This document shows positions 21,139 to 30,611 of a DNA stretch of 64,000 nucleotides, piece after piece. Under the pieces are notes generated by a model. That model made no database searches. It was given only the letters and a program-made list of their open reading frames with translations, and had not been told where the DNA came from. Numbering within the stretch: position 1 is the first letter of the stretch; every line of letters begins with the position of its first letter. The position numbers and the translations under genes are program-made. Source of the stretch: Burkholderiaceae bacterium (GTDB lineage Bacteria; Pseudomonadota; Gammaproteobacteria; Burkholderiales; Burkholderiaceae_E); contig JBDHRX010000001.1 of NCBI GenBank assembly GCA_039807785.1, forward strand, positions 51,331 to 115,330, written 5' to 3'.

Positions 21139-21174
21139 TGGGATGTGTCCTTCGATGTTCGCCACGATCCGGCC

Positions 21175-21600
21175 TCAGGCACTCGCCTGCGCCGGACGGG
21201 CCAGCGCGCCTGCGCGCCGCGCGTAGTCGGTCGCGGTCCGGATCAGGCTGTCCTTGGTGAAGGGCTTGGTCAGGTACTGGTCGCAGCCGACCATCCGGCC
21301 GCGCGCGCGGTCGAACAGGCCGTCCTTGCTGGACAGCATCACGACCGGCGTCTCGCTGAAGCGGGGACTCTTCTTGATCAGCGCGCAGGTCTGGTAGCCG
21401 TCGAGCCGCGGCATCAGGATGTCGCAGAAGATCAGGTCGGGATCGTTGTCGGCGATCTTCGCCAGCGCGTCGAACCCGTCCTCGGCGAGGATCACCTGGC
21501 AGCCGGACTGCTTCAGGAAGATCTCGGCGCTGCGACGAATGGTGTTGCTGTCGTCGATCACCATCACCTTCAAACCCGTCAGGCCGGCGGCACCGCTCAT
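21175..21600 (-). CDS. pilG: Response regulator PilG
   Basis: IDDSNTIRRSAE, DILMPRLDGYQTCALIK, SSKDGLFDRARG. Confidence 0.92.
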   Translation of the reverse strand: MSGAAGLTGLKVMVIDDSNTIRRSAEIFLKQSGCQVILAEDGFDALAKIADNDPDLIFCDILMPRLDGYQTCALIKKSPRFSETPVVMLSSKDGLFDRARGRMVGCDQYLTKPFTKDSLIRTATDYARRAGALARPAQASA

Positions 21601-21601
21601 C

Positions 21602-21790
21602 TCAGATCTCCACCATCTCGAAGTCTTCCTTGCGAGCGCCGCATTCCGGGCAGGTCCAGTTGATCGGGATGTCCTCCCAGCGGGTCCCGGGCGGGATCCC
21701 CTCCTCGGGCAGGCCCTTCTCTTCCTCGTACATCCACCCGCAGATCAGGCACATCCACGTGCGGTGGCCTGCGCTCGGCGCGTCGCTCAT
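21602..21790 (-). CDS. Rubredoxin
   Basis: CLICGWMY..WTCPECG two-CxxC motif. Confidence 0.92.
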   Translation of the reverse strand: MSDAPSAGHRTWMCLICGWMYEEEKGLPEEGIPPGTRWEDIPINWTCPECGARKEDFEMVEI

Positions 21791-21982
21791 CGCTGTTTCC
21801 TCGGGCTGGCTGTCCGGCACCGCCCCCGCGGGCCCCGTGCCGGGATGTCGTTGTCGGCATCGATGCGCTCCGGGCGACCTGCTCCGGGCGACCGTGCGTC
21901 GATGGTACCCTCGGGGGGAAGTGCTCACCTTTCATCGCCGACCAGTGGCTTCGGTGTTGCGACAAACGCACAAGATTCTCCT

Positions 21983-22675
21983 ATGAAGAAGCGGCTGCCG
22001 ACGGGGCTCTATGCGCTGACGCCCGACACCGGAGACGACGACTGGCTCGTCGAGGCGGTCGCTGCCGCGATTCGGGGCGGCGCGTCCGCGGTGCAGTACC
22101 GCAGCAAGATCGCCGATGCGGCGCAGCGGCTGCGCCAGGCCCGGCGCGTCGCGCGCGCCTGCCGCGCGGCCGGAGCGCTGTTCATCGTCAACGATTCGGT
22201 CGAGCTGGCGCGCGCCGCGGACGCCGACGGGCTGCACATCGGGCGCGAGGACGGCGATCCGGCACGGATACGCGCCGCCCTGGGGCCCGACCGGGTCCTC
22301 GGGATCTCGTGCTACGACGCGTTCGAGCGCGCACGGGCGGTGCGCGGCATCGCCGACTACGTCGCCTTCGGCAGCGTGTTCCTGTCGGCGGTCAAGCCCG
22401 GCGCGGTGCGCGCGCCGCTGGCGCTGTTCGGCCAGGCACGCGCGGCCGGGATGCACGCGGTGGCGATCGGCGGAATCGACGCGGGCAACGCGTTCGAGGT
22501 CGCGCAGGCGGGGACGCAGGCGATAGCGGTGATCACGGCGGTGTTCGGCGCGGCGAGCAGCGTCGGGCAAGCGGACGCGGCAAGGATCGAGGCGGATGCG
22601 CGCCGGACCCTCGATGCGTTCGAGGCGGGCACGCGCGCGACGGCGGGCCGCGCGCGCAGGTCGTCGCTCACGTAG
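21983..22675 (+). CDS. thiE: Thiamine-phosphate synthase
   Basis: VQYRSK, IVND, DGLHIG, DYVAFG, VAIGGI. Confidence 0.9.
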   Translation: MKKRLPTGLYALTPDTGDDDWLVEAVAAAIRGGASAVQYRSKIADAAQRLRQARRVARACRAAGALFIVNDSVELARAADADGLHIGREDGDPARIRAALGPDRVLGISCYDAFERARAVRGIADYVAFGSVFLSAVKPGAVRAPLALFGQARAAGMHAVAIGGIDAGNAFEVAQAGTQAIAVITAVFGAASSVGQADAARIEADARRTLDAFEAGTRATAGRARRSSLT

Positions 22676-22761
22676 CCTCCGCTGGCCCGGCGCATCGGCC
22701 GGAAGGGGCTCTGCGAAAGGACGCGTGGGCACGCGACGCCGACCGGTGCGTCGCGACGGGA

Positions 22762-24651
22762 TCAGTGCAGGGCGGCGACCGAAGCGCCCGAGCGCCCGAC
22801 GGCCAGGCGCCATCGGCTCTTGTAGGCCAAGGCGCCGGCCTGGACAGCGTTGTTCGACTCCGCCGGATCGGTCGCGAGATCGAACGCGAACTCCTCCCGG
22901 GTCGAGAGATCGAGCCAGTATTTCCAGACGGCGCCCGGCTCGCGGAGATCGAACAGCCCCACCTTCGGGCCCTGCTGGAAGTAGATGTAGTCCCGGTCGG
23001 CCTCGCTCTGGAGCGCCCGTCCGGCCCAGGTCGATGGAATCGGCATGCCCAGTTCCCGCAGAATCGTCGGAGCGATGTCGGCCTGCGACGAAAGCGGGAC
23101 GGCCTCGCCGCTCCGGAACGATTCGCTCCCGAAGCCGACCGCCACGAACGGAATCCGCAACGCCCCTTGATAGACCTCGGCGCTGTGCGAGAAGGCGCCG
23201 TGCTCGCCCAGCATCTCCCCGTGGTCCGACGTGATCACGACGACCGAGTTCCGGAGATAGCCCTTGCGCCCAAGCTCGTCGAAGATCCGGCGAACCATCT
23301 CGTCGAACTGCAGCACGCCGTTGTCGTAGAAGTTGCGCGCACGCTCGGCCGATGCTCCGGGCTCGCCGAGTCCCGGCCCCCCGGGGCGGGCGTAGCTCGC
23401 GAATGGCCGGAACCGCTCGAACGATTCGTGCCGCTTGCCCAGGACGTGCGACGACATCAGGTGCAGCTGCATCATCACGGGCTTGCCGTCCCAGCCGGGG
23501 AGCTTCGAGACGCGATCGAGCACCAGCCGGTCGTCGTTGGCGTAGAAGCCGGCTGCCATCGAGCCGTCGAAGTAGTCATCCACGGGTCCGAAGGATTCCC
23601 TCAACCCGTAGAAATGCGTGTGATCCCCACCGAGGATCATCCGTACCGAGTAGCCATGCAGCCGCAGCACCTCGTACAGGGTCATGGCGTTTCCGGGAAA
23701 CTGGTGCGCATACCGCGACTGGGCGATCGCCATCAGACCGCAGGTCGATTCCGCGCATACCGAAGCCATTCCCCGCAGCGATCGCGCTCGCCCGGACGCG
23801 ACCAGCGAATCGATGAAAGGCGTCGTCTCGCGCGCGTAGCCGTTGACGCTCAGGTGGTCCTCGCGCAGGGCATCGCCGACGATCAGGATCACGTTCGGCC
23901 GGGCCCGCGGGCTTTCCGGAACATAGGCCGCCCTGGCCGCGATCTCGGCGGCTTCCGCGGCATTCGAAGGGGTCAATCGCGATTGGCCGGGGCGCGCATG
24001 GTGTTCGGGAAAGAGCATCAGGCTGAACGGCTCCCCGAATCGCACCGGAGGGTCCGCGATGAATGCATACGTCCGAACGGAAACGATCAGGCAGCCGACC
24101 ACCAGCAATCCCGCGAACCAGCGTCCCGAGACGTGCCGGGCGAAGGGTCCGACCCAGTGAATGGCCGCCGAAGATCGGGCCAGGAACGCGAACGCGCCGA
24201 CAACCGGGATGATCAGCACCAGCCCGACCCACCCCGGCGCCAGACCGAGGGCGCCGAGCAGCTCCGCCGATTGGGGAGCGTATGCCCGGATCATGGGCCA
24301 GGTCGGCACTCTGCCCCAGGACGAGAGGCCGATCGCGAAGCCGAGCTCACAGATGACCAGCAGGAGCAGCGGCCCGAGCACCATCGAGGCATTCAGCCAG
24401 CGCGCCAACCCGCCGGGCCGCACGATCCGGAAGACCAGCATCCGAAGCACCAGGCACGCGCCCCAGAACGTCGCGACCAGCCCGACGTACGGCCCGACGA
24501 TCGCGGTCGAACCGCCGAGGCGGATCAGGTAGATGGCCAGGAACGCCCCCAGAACCAGACCGAGGAAGCTTGCCTCGGCGATCGCCCCGGCGAGCAGCCG
24601 GGCAGGTTGCGGGGTCCGGAGGCCCCCGTGATGCGAGTCGTCGGCGCGCAT
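22762..24651 (-). CDS. Membrane-anchored sulfatase / alkaline-phosphatase-superfamily transferase (EptA/LtaS-like architecture)
   Basis: Several N-terminal hydrophobic helices; NVILIVGDALREDHL..GYARETTP, HLMSSH, YDNGV, TSDHGE, DIAPTIL. Confidence 0.8.
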   Translation of the reverse strand: MRADDSHHGGLRTPQPARLLAGAIAEASFLGLVLGAFLAIYLIRLGGSTAIVGPYVGLVATFWGACLVLRMLVFRIVRPGGLARWLNASMVLGPLLLLVICELGFAIGLSSWGRVPTWPMIRAYAPQSAELLGALGLAPGWVGLVLIIPVVGAFAFLARSSAAIHWVGPFARHVSGRWFAGLLVVGCLIVSVRTYAFIADPPVRFGEPFSLMLFPEHHARPGQSRLTPSNAAEAAEIAARAAYVPESPRARPNVILIVGDALREDHLSVNGYARETTPFIDSLVASGRARSLRGMASVCAESTCGLMAIAQSRYAHQFPGNAMTLYEVLRLHGYSVRMILGGDHTHFYGLRESFGPVDDYFDGSMAAGFYANDDRLVLDRVSKLPGWDGKPVMMQLHLMSSHVLGKRHESFERFRPFASYARPGGPGLGEPGASAERARNFYDNGVLQFDEMVRRIFDELGRKGYLRNSVVVITSDHGEMLGEHGAFSHSAEVYQGALRIPFVAVGFGSESFRSGEAVPLSSQADIAPTILRELGMPIPSTWAGRALQSEADRDYIYFQQGPKVGLFDLREPGAVWKYWLDLSTREEFAFDLATDPAESNNAVQAGALAYKSRWRLAVGRSGASVAALH

Positions 24652-24658
24652 GAATTGA

Positions 24659-24682
24659 ACAGGGCCGCAGATGCGGCCCTGT
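24659..24682 (-). terminator. Stem-loop between pilA and the sulfatase-like gene (weak terminator or attenuator)
   Basis: Perfect 11-bp stem ACAGGGCCGCA-GA-TGCGGCCCTGT with a poor U-tract. Confidence 0.55.
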
Positions 24683-24704
24683 CTGCTGCATCAGAGAAAG
24701 GAAC

Positions 24705-25130
24705 TCACTTGCAGCTTGCGGGACGGTACTTGGAATCGATGCTTCCGCCGCACGACCAGGTCACCTGACCGTTCGCGGAGAGGTAGGTGGCCGTCAGCTC
24801 GATCGTCTTGGCATCGATGTTCGAGTTCCCCGTGCCCTTCGCCGTCGCGACGATCTTCGTGCCGTCCCAGGACACGCTGGTGACGTACGTGGAAGTTTGG
24901 GACTCGACGGACAGCTGGGCCGAGGTCGGCAGCGCCGAGTTCGTCTGCGCGTACTCGGCGACGTTGTTCTTGGCGGACGACGCGGCGAGCAGCACCTCCG
25001 AAACCTTGGCGCGGAGCGTGTAGTCCTGATACGCCGGCAGCGCGACGGCGGCCAGGATGCCGATGATCGCCACGACGATCATCAACTCGATCAGGGTGAA
25101 ACCTTTTTGCAGTTGCTTGCGGATCTTCAT
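24705..25130 (-). CDS. pilA: Type IVa major pilin
   Basis: [30 protein letters not shown] prepilin motif; C-terminal Cys pair. Confidence 0.95.
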   Translation of the reverse strand: MKIRKQLQKGFTLIELMIVVAIIGILAAVALPAYQDYTLRAKVSEVLLAASSAKNNVAEYAQTNSALPTSAQLSVESQTSTYVTSVSWDGTKIVATAKGTGNSNIDAKTIELTATYLSANGQVTWSCGGSIDSKYRPASCK

Positions 25131-25192
25131 CTGTTCGACTCCCGATGGGTAGTGAGAAAAGGCGGTCGACCCCGTCGACTCGGGCAAGTCGT

Positions 25193-25208
25193 CGCAGGCT
25201 TCGTGCCA
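25193..25208 (-). promoter_or_regulatory. Sigma-54 (-24/-12) promoter of pilA
   Basis: TGGCACGAAGCCTGCG = GG-N10-GC, about 60 nt upstream of the pilA ATG. Confidence 0.75.
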
Positions 25209-25431
25209 CCCACCGCCCGCGGTAGCGATCGGCCGACGAACGGTGCAGTGGGCGACCCGACGTGACTTTCGTCACGCCGGGGATGCCCCCTGCTTCGATC
25301 GCACAGTGCCGAGGACCGGCACGCGATGCCCGGTTCCGGCAGGAGCTGACGGAATGCGTCACCCCGGAACCAACGCTGCGCGGCAACCGGCCGGGGCCCC
25401 GGACGCGGGGCGCGGCGGCGCGAGCGCGTGC

Positions 25432-26196
25432 CTACAGCTCGAGCACGTCGCCGCGTTCGAGCACCCGCGGCGCGAAGCGCCCCGCCCAGGCCTCGATCTC
25501 CCGGGTGATCGTCTCGCGGTCCGAGGGCTTCAGGTGCGTGATGAGGATCTGCGGCTCGCGCTGCAGCTTGGCCAGTTCCTGGCTCAACTGGATCGGGAAC
25601 AGGTGCTTCGCGGTGACGGCGAGGTCCTGCTCGCGGTTGGAGAAGGCAGTCTCGATGATCAGGTACTTCAGGTTCGGCACGCCGTTGACCTGGCGCCAGA
25701 ACTCGTCGTTCGGCCCGGTGTCGCCCGAGAACACCAGGCCGGCCTCGTCGGTGTATACGTGGAACGCGAGCGCCGGCACGGTGTGGCTTGCCGCGAGGCT
25801 GCGCACCCAGCGCCCGCCGACCTCGACCACGCTGCCGATCGACAGCGGCTCGAACACCATCCAGGGGCGCTCGTAGTGGGGAATCTCGGTGAAGTCGGGC
25901 CAGATCACCCAGTTGAAGATATGGGTCTTGAGCGCGGCAATCGTCTCCGGCAGCGCGTGCACGACGATCGGCTTGTCGCGCAGCGCGCCCACCGAATCGA
26001 CCAGCAGCGGCAATGCCGCGATGTGGTCGAGATGCGAATGGGTGAGGAAGACGTGGTCGATCGCGGCGAGCTCGTCGATCGTCATGTCCTCGACGCCGGT
26101 GCCCGCATCGAGCAGGACGTCGTGGTCGACGAGGAACGACGTGGTCCGGGCGCGCGCGCCGATCCCTCCGCTACACCCCAGGACTCGTACCTTCAT
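25432..26196 (-). CDS. 3',5'-cyclic-nucleotide phosphodiesterase (class II, metallo-beta-lactamase fold)
   Basis: LGCSGG, THSHLDHI, HIFNWVIWPDF, SGDTG, THLKP. Confidence 0.85.
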   Translation of the reverse strand: MKVRVLGCSGGIGARARTTSFLVDHDVLLDAGTGVEDMTIDELAAIDHVFLTHSHLDHIAALPLLVDSVGALRDKPIVVHALPETIAALKTHIFNWVIWPDFTEIPHYERPWMVFEPLSIGSVVEVGGRWVRSLAASHTVPALAFHVYTDEAGLVFSGDTGPNDEFWRQVNGVPNLKYLIIETAFSNREQDLAVTAKHLFPIQLSQELAKLQREPQILITHLKPSDRETITREIEAWAGRFAPRVLERGDVLEL

Positions 26197-28186
26197 GCAA
26201 GGCTTCCCTGGCGTTCCTCGGCGTCTGGCCGGCCGCGATCATCGGCAGGGTCGCCGTGCCCTCGCCGGCCGCTTCGCGGACGACGCGGGGAACGAACACC
26301 CGCACCGACTCGGCGCGTCCGGCGACATTGGCGCGCGCGAGCTCGAAGAACGCATGCTGGCGGCAGCGCTGCACCGTCCCCTCGCCCACGATGATCGGAA
26401 CCTCGTACTGCTTGGTCAAGCCCTCGAAGCGCGACGCGAGGTTCACCGCGTCGCCGATGACGGTATAGGCGCGCCGCAGCTTCGAGCCCATGTCGCCCAC
26501 CCGCACCACGCCGGTGTTGATGCCGATGCCCACGGCGAGCGGCGGCAGCCCGCGCGCGCGCAGCATCTCGGACATCCGGCCGACTTCGACCTGCATCGCC
26601 AGCGCCGCCGAGACCGCGTGGTCGGCATGCGCCGGATCCTCGATCGGCGCGCCCCAGAACGCCATGACCGCGTCGCCCATGTACTTGTCGACGGTCCCGC
26701 GATGGGCGTGGATGATGCCGGTCATCCCCGTCAGGAAGGCGTTGATGTATTCGCGCAGCGCCTCGGGCTCCATGGTCTCGGCGATCCGCGTGAAGCCGCG
26801 GATATCCGCGAACAGGATCGTCAGCTCCCGGTTGGCGCTGCGGGCGATGCGGTAGCTGAACGGGTCGCGCGCCATCTGCTCGACCAGTTCCGGCGCGACG
26901 TACTCGCCGAACAGCTCGACCATCGCGCGGCGCGCGCGGCCCTCGGCGAACCAGCCGGCGGTCAGGTTGAACAGCCCGAGCGCCAGCACCGCGGCCAGCG
27001 AAGCCGCCAGCGGCAGGACCAGCCCGAGGTTCGAATACGCGATCGCGTTGATGCCCGCCAGCGTCATGGCGCCCACGACGCTGGCCAGCACGGCGCCGAG
27101 CGCACCCAGCGCCGGCAGCGCGAGCGCGAGCGCACCGGCCACCACCAGGGTCGCGAGCGCACCGATCGCGGGCGCCTCGACCGGCCGCTGCTTCAGGCGT
27201 CCGTCGAGGGCACCCGAGAGCAGCGAGGCGTGGATCTCCACGCCGGGGAAGACCTCGCTCACCGACGTCGCGCGCAGGTCGGTCTGGCCCGGCGCCGTGG
27301 TGCCCACGAGCACGATGCGCCCGCGCAGCAGGCTCGCGTCGACCCGCCCCTCGAGCACGTCGGTGGCGGACAGGTAGCGGAAATGCCCGCCGGCCGGGCC
27401 GCCGCGCCCGACCACCGGCACCATGGCGGTGAAGCCGGCCGACACCGGCAGCTCGACGCGCCCGCGCGCGCCGTCGATCGCGAGGCGGTCGCCGCGGACG
27501 GCGATCGAGCCGTTGCCGAGGTACTCGCGCAGGACCGCGACCGCCAGCGAATCGTAGACCGCCCCGCGGTAGGCAGCGAGCAGCGGCAGGGCACGGATCA
27601 CGCCGTCGGGGTCGAGGCCGCCGCCGAGGAACGGATTGAAGAACCCGGAGCTGCGCGCCGCCCGCTGCAGCTCGCCGAGGTTGGCACCGAAGCCGTTCGC
27701 GTGCGTGACGCGGCCCGCCAGCTCGCCGGCCGCGTCGCCGTCGTACAGCGAAGGGGGCAGCGCGCCGCTGGTTCGCCCCTCGCGGTCGCTGCTGAAGTAG
27801 TAACCGAGCACGATCGGGCGCCCGGCGAGCGCCTGGGCCAGGCGCGCGTCGTCGCCGGTGCCCGCCTGGCGCTCGGCGAACACGACGTCGAAGCCCACGA
27901 CCGCCGCGCCGCCCCGGTCGACCAGCGCCTCGGCCAGCGCCGCGATCCGGCCGCGGTCCCACGGCCAGCGGCCCTGCTCGGCCAGGCTCCGCTCGTCGAT
28001 GTCGACGATGACGATGCGCTCGTCCAGGGCCGGCGCCAGGAAGCGCTGGCGGCCGTCGTACAGCTCGCGATCCAGCGTGGCCAGCGCGTCGACCCGGAAC
28101 GCGCCCAGGTCGGCGGCCGCGCATGCGACGACGATCACCAGGCCGGCGATGGCCCGCCAGAACCGGGAACGCTGCAGCGCGGACAT
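26171..28186 (-). CDS. CHASE2-domain class III adenylate cyclase
   Basis: IVDIDERSLAEQGRWPWDR, FDVVFAE, PGVEIHA (CHASE2); FADIRGFT, DKYMGDAVMA, YTVIGDAVNLASR (cyclase). Confidence 0.9.
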   Translation of the reverse strand: MSALQRSRFWRAIAGLVIVVACAAADLGAFRVDALATLDRELYDGRQRFLAPALDERIVIVDIDERSLAEQGRWPWDRGRIAALAEALVDRGGAAVVGFDVVFAERQAGTGDDARLAQALAGRPIVLGYYFSSDREGRTSGALPPSLYDGDAAGELAGRVTHANGFGANLGELQRAARSSGFFNPFLGGGLDPDGVIRALPLLAAYRGAVYDSLAVAVLREYLGNGSIAVRGDRLAIDGARGRVELPVSAGFTAMVPVVGRGGPAGGHFRYLSATDVLEGRVDASLLRGRIVLVGTTAPGQTDLRATSVSEVFPGVEIHASLLSGALDGRLKQRPVEAPAIGALATLVVAGALALALPALGALGAVLASVVGAMTLAGINAIAYSNLGLVLPLAASLAAVLALGLFNLTAGWFAEGRARRAMVELFGEYVAPELVEQMARDPFSYRIARSANRELTILFADIRGFTRIAETMEPEALREYINAFLTGMTGIIHAHRGTVDKYMGDAVMAFWGAPIEDPAHADHAVSAALAMQVEVGRMSEMLRARGLPPLAVGIGINTGVVRVGDMGSKLRRAYTVIGDAVNLASRFEGLTKQYEVPIIVGEGTVQRCRQHAFFELARANVAGRAESVRVFVPRVVREAAGEGTATLPMIAAGQTPRNAREALHEGTSPGV

Positions 28187-28210
28187 CGCGGATCCGTCGC
28201 GGCCGGCCGT

Positions 28211-28849
28211 TCAGCCGCCGAGCCGGAAGCGCAGCATCACGCCGGCCAGCTCGATCAGGTCGCCGTCGGCGACGGGCTGCGCGGTCAGGCCGATCTCCTC
28301 GCCGTTCACCTGCGGGAACGTCAGGCCCTCGAGGTGGGTGATGAAGAACAGGCCCTTGCGGCGGGAGATCACCGCCACCTGCTCGGCATGGCCGGCCAGC
28401 CGCGTGATCGCCCGGTCGATGCATTGCGACGTGCCCGCCAGGGGCCCGCTGAGGAAGTCGACGAACCCGGTCGGCGGACGCGCCTCGGGCCGCGCCGCCT
28501 CGGCGAGCATCGCCCGGTCGAGCACGTAGCGCAGGCGATAGATGCCGATGTCGATCACGTCTCCGTCGCAGAGCACCCGCTGCTTGACGAGCATGCCGTT
28601 GACCAGGGTGCCGTTGCGGCTGTCGAGGTCATGCACCACGCTCTCGGTGCCGCGCGTGCGCACCAGCGCGTGCTCGCCGCTCACGGTGAGGTCGTCCAGC
28701 GGGATGTCGTTGTAGGGGCGCCGGCCGATGGTGAGGCATTCCTTGAGCACCGGGACGATGCGCAGCGGCGACTGGCCGCTGCTCACGAGCAGGCGGATCG
28801 CCACCGCGGTTTCACGGTCCTGCATTCCCGGATGTTCGGCATCGGCCAT
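28211..28849 (-). CDS. FHA domain-containing protein
   Basis: TIGRRPYNDI..VSGEHA..DLDSRNGTLVNG plus a degenerate second FHA-like domain. Confidence 0.85.
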   Translation of the reverse strand: MADAEHPGMQDRETAVAIRLLVSSGQSPLRIVPVLKECLTIGRRPYNDIPLDDLTVSGEHALVRTRGTESVVHDLDSRNGTLVNGMLVKQRVLCDGDVIDIGIYRLRYVLDRAMLAEAARPEARPPTGFVDFLSGPLAGTSQCIDRAITRLAGHAEQVAVISRRKGLFFITHLEGLTFPQVNGEEIGLTAQPVADGDLIELAGVMLRFRLGG

Positions 28850-28984
28850 GCGCAGCAGGCTACCGTCGGCCGAAATTCCCCCCGAGGAACTATTTCATGA
28901 ACGGCCGGTCGGCTCGGTCGGACGGCGAAGCGGCCGATGCGCCGCCGCATCGCTCGACGGCGCACCGGTCGCGGCCGGTCCGTG

Positions 28985-29701
28985 TCACTCGGTCCGGGCC
29001 ACCGTGCGGCGCGCGCCCAGCATCCTGCCGACGAGCACCACCAGCAGGGCGCCGGCGATCGCCGCGGCATAGCGCACGGTCGCCTCGGGCTCGCCGAAGG
29101 TCTGGACCGCGACGACGTCCGAGACCATCATGCCGCCCGCGATCCAGCCGAGCAGCGCGCCGCCCAGCGTGATGACGATCGGGAAGCGCTCGAGCAGCTT
29201 CAGCACCAGGGTGCTGCCCCAGACGATCAGCGGGATGCTGACGATCAGGCCGAAGATCACGAGGCCCATCTGGTGGTCGGGATCGGCCTGCTGGGCCGCG
29301 CCGGCGATCGCGATCACGTTGTCGACGCTCATCACCAGGTCGGCGACGATGATCGTCTTGATCGCCGCCAGCAGCGTCGCGCCGCCGGTCACGTTGCCGT
29401 GCTCGTCCTCGTCGGGCGGCATCAGCAGCTTGATCCCGATCCAGATCAGCAGCGCCCCGCCGACCAGCTTCAGGAACGGGACCTTGAGCAGGGTCACCGC
29501 GAACGCGATGAGGATCACCCGCAGGACGATCGCGCCGGCGGTTCCCCAGATGATGCCCTTCATCCGCTGGTGCTTCGGGAGGTTGCGGCAGGCCAGCGCG
29601 ATGACCACCGCGTTGTCCCCGCCCAGCAGGATGTCGATGAGGATGATCTGAAGGACCGCTCCCCAGTGCATCGTCGTCAGGAACTCGATCATCGCGTCCA
29701 T
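28985..29701 (-). CDS. TerC family membrane protein
   Basis: IDILLGGDNAVVIALA, ADLVMSVDNVIAIAGAA. Confidence 0.88.
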   Translation of the reverse strand: MDAMIEFLTTMHWGAVLQIILIDILLGGDNAVVIALACRNLPKHQRMKGIIWGTAGAIVLRVILIAFAVTLLKVPFLKLVGGALLIWIGIKLLMPPDEDEHGNVTGGATLLAAIKTIIVADLVMSVDNVIAIAGAAQQADPDHQMGLVIFGLIVSIPLIVWGSTLVLKLLERFPIVITLGGALLGWIAGGMMVSDVVAVQTFGEPEATVRYAAAIAGALLVVLVGRMLGARRTVARTE

Positions 29702-29713
29702 CGCCGGGTATCC

Positions 29714-30595
29714 CTAAAGCACGCTCTTCAACAGCCGGCCCATCTCGGACGGATCCTTCGTCACCCGGATGCCGCAGGCCTCCATGACCGCCAGCTTCTC
29801 CTGGGCGGTCCCCTTGCCGCCGGAAATGATGGCGCCGGCGTGGCCCATCCGCTTGCCCGGTGGTGCGGTGACGCCGGCGATGAAGCCCACGACGGGTTTC
29901 TTCATGTTCGCCTTGACCCACTCGGCGGCGGTCTCCTCGTCGGAACCGCCGATCTCGCCGATCATCACCACCGCATCGGTATCGGGGTCGTCGTTGAACT
30001 TACGCAGGATGTCGATGTGCTTCAACCCGTTGACCGGGTCGCCGCCGATGCCGACGGCGCTCGACTGGCCGAGGCCCAGCGCGGTCAGCTGCGCGACCGC
30101 CTCGTAGGTGAGGGTGCCCGAGCGCGACACCACGCCGATGCGCCCCTTGCGATGGATGTGCCCCGGCATGATGCCGATCTTCAGCTCGTCCGGCGTGATG
30201 ACCCCCGGGCAATTCGGGCCGAGCAGCAGCGTCTTGCGATGCTCGCGGCGCATGCGGTCGCGCACGACGATCATGTCGCGCACCGGGATCCCTTCGGTGA
30301 TGCAGATCACCAAGTCGAGATCGGCCTCGACCGCCTCCCAGATCGCGGCGGCCGCCCCGGCGGGCGGCACGTAGACCACCGATACCGTGGCGCCGGTCTG
30401 CTCGCGCGCTTCCTTCACGCCGGCGAAGATGGGGATTCCCTCGAAGTCCTCGCCGGCCTTCTTCGGGTTGACGCCGGCGACGAACGCGGCCCGGCCGTTC
30501 GCGTACTCGCGGCACATGCGGGTATGGAACTGCCCCGTCTTGCCGGTGATCCCCTGGGTGATGACCTTGGTGTCCTTGTTGATCAGGATCGACAT
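29714..30595 (-). CDS. sucD: Succinate--CoA ligase alpha subunit
   Basis: [30 protein letters not shown]. Confidence 0.96.
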   Translation of the reverse strand: MSILINKDTKVITQGITGKTGQFHTRMCREYANGRAAFVAGVNPKKAGEDFEGIPIFAGVKEAREQTGATVSVVYVPPAGAAAAIWEAVEADLDLVICITEGIPVRDMIVVRDRMRREHRKTLLLGPNCPGVITPDELKIGIMPGHIHRKGRIGVVSRSGTLTYEAVAQLTALGLGQSSAVGIGGDPVNGLKHIDILRKFNDDPDTDAVVMIGEIGGSDEETAAEWVKANMKKPVVGFIAGVTAPPGKRMGHAGAIISGGKGTAQEKLAVMEACGIRVTKDPSEMGRLLKSVL

Positions 30596-30611
30596 GCTCT
30601 GTGACTCCGTT

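Noticed and set aside
21791-21982. TPP riboswitch upstream of thiE; 13-bp direct repeat GCTCCGGGCGACC x2
   Set aside because: No conserved TPP aptamer motifs seen; the short GC-rich repeat may be chance.
29702-29713. yybP-ykoY riboswitch before TerC
   Set aside because: Only 12 nt separate sucD and TerC.
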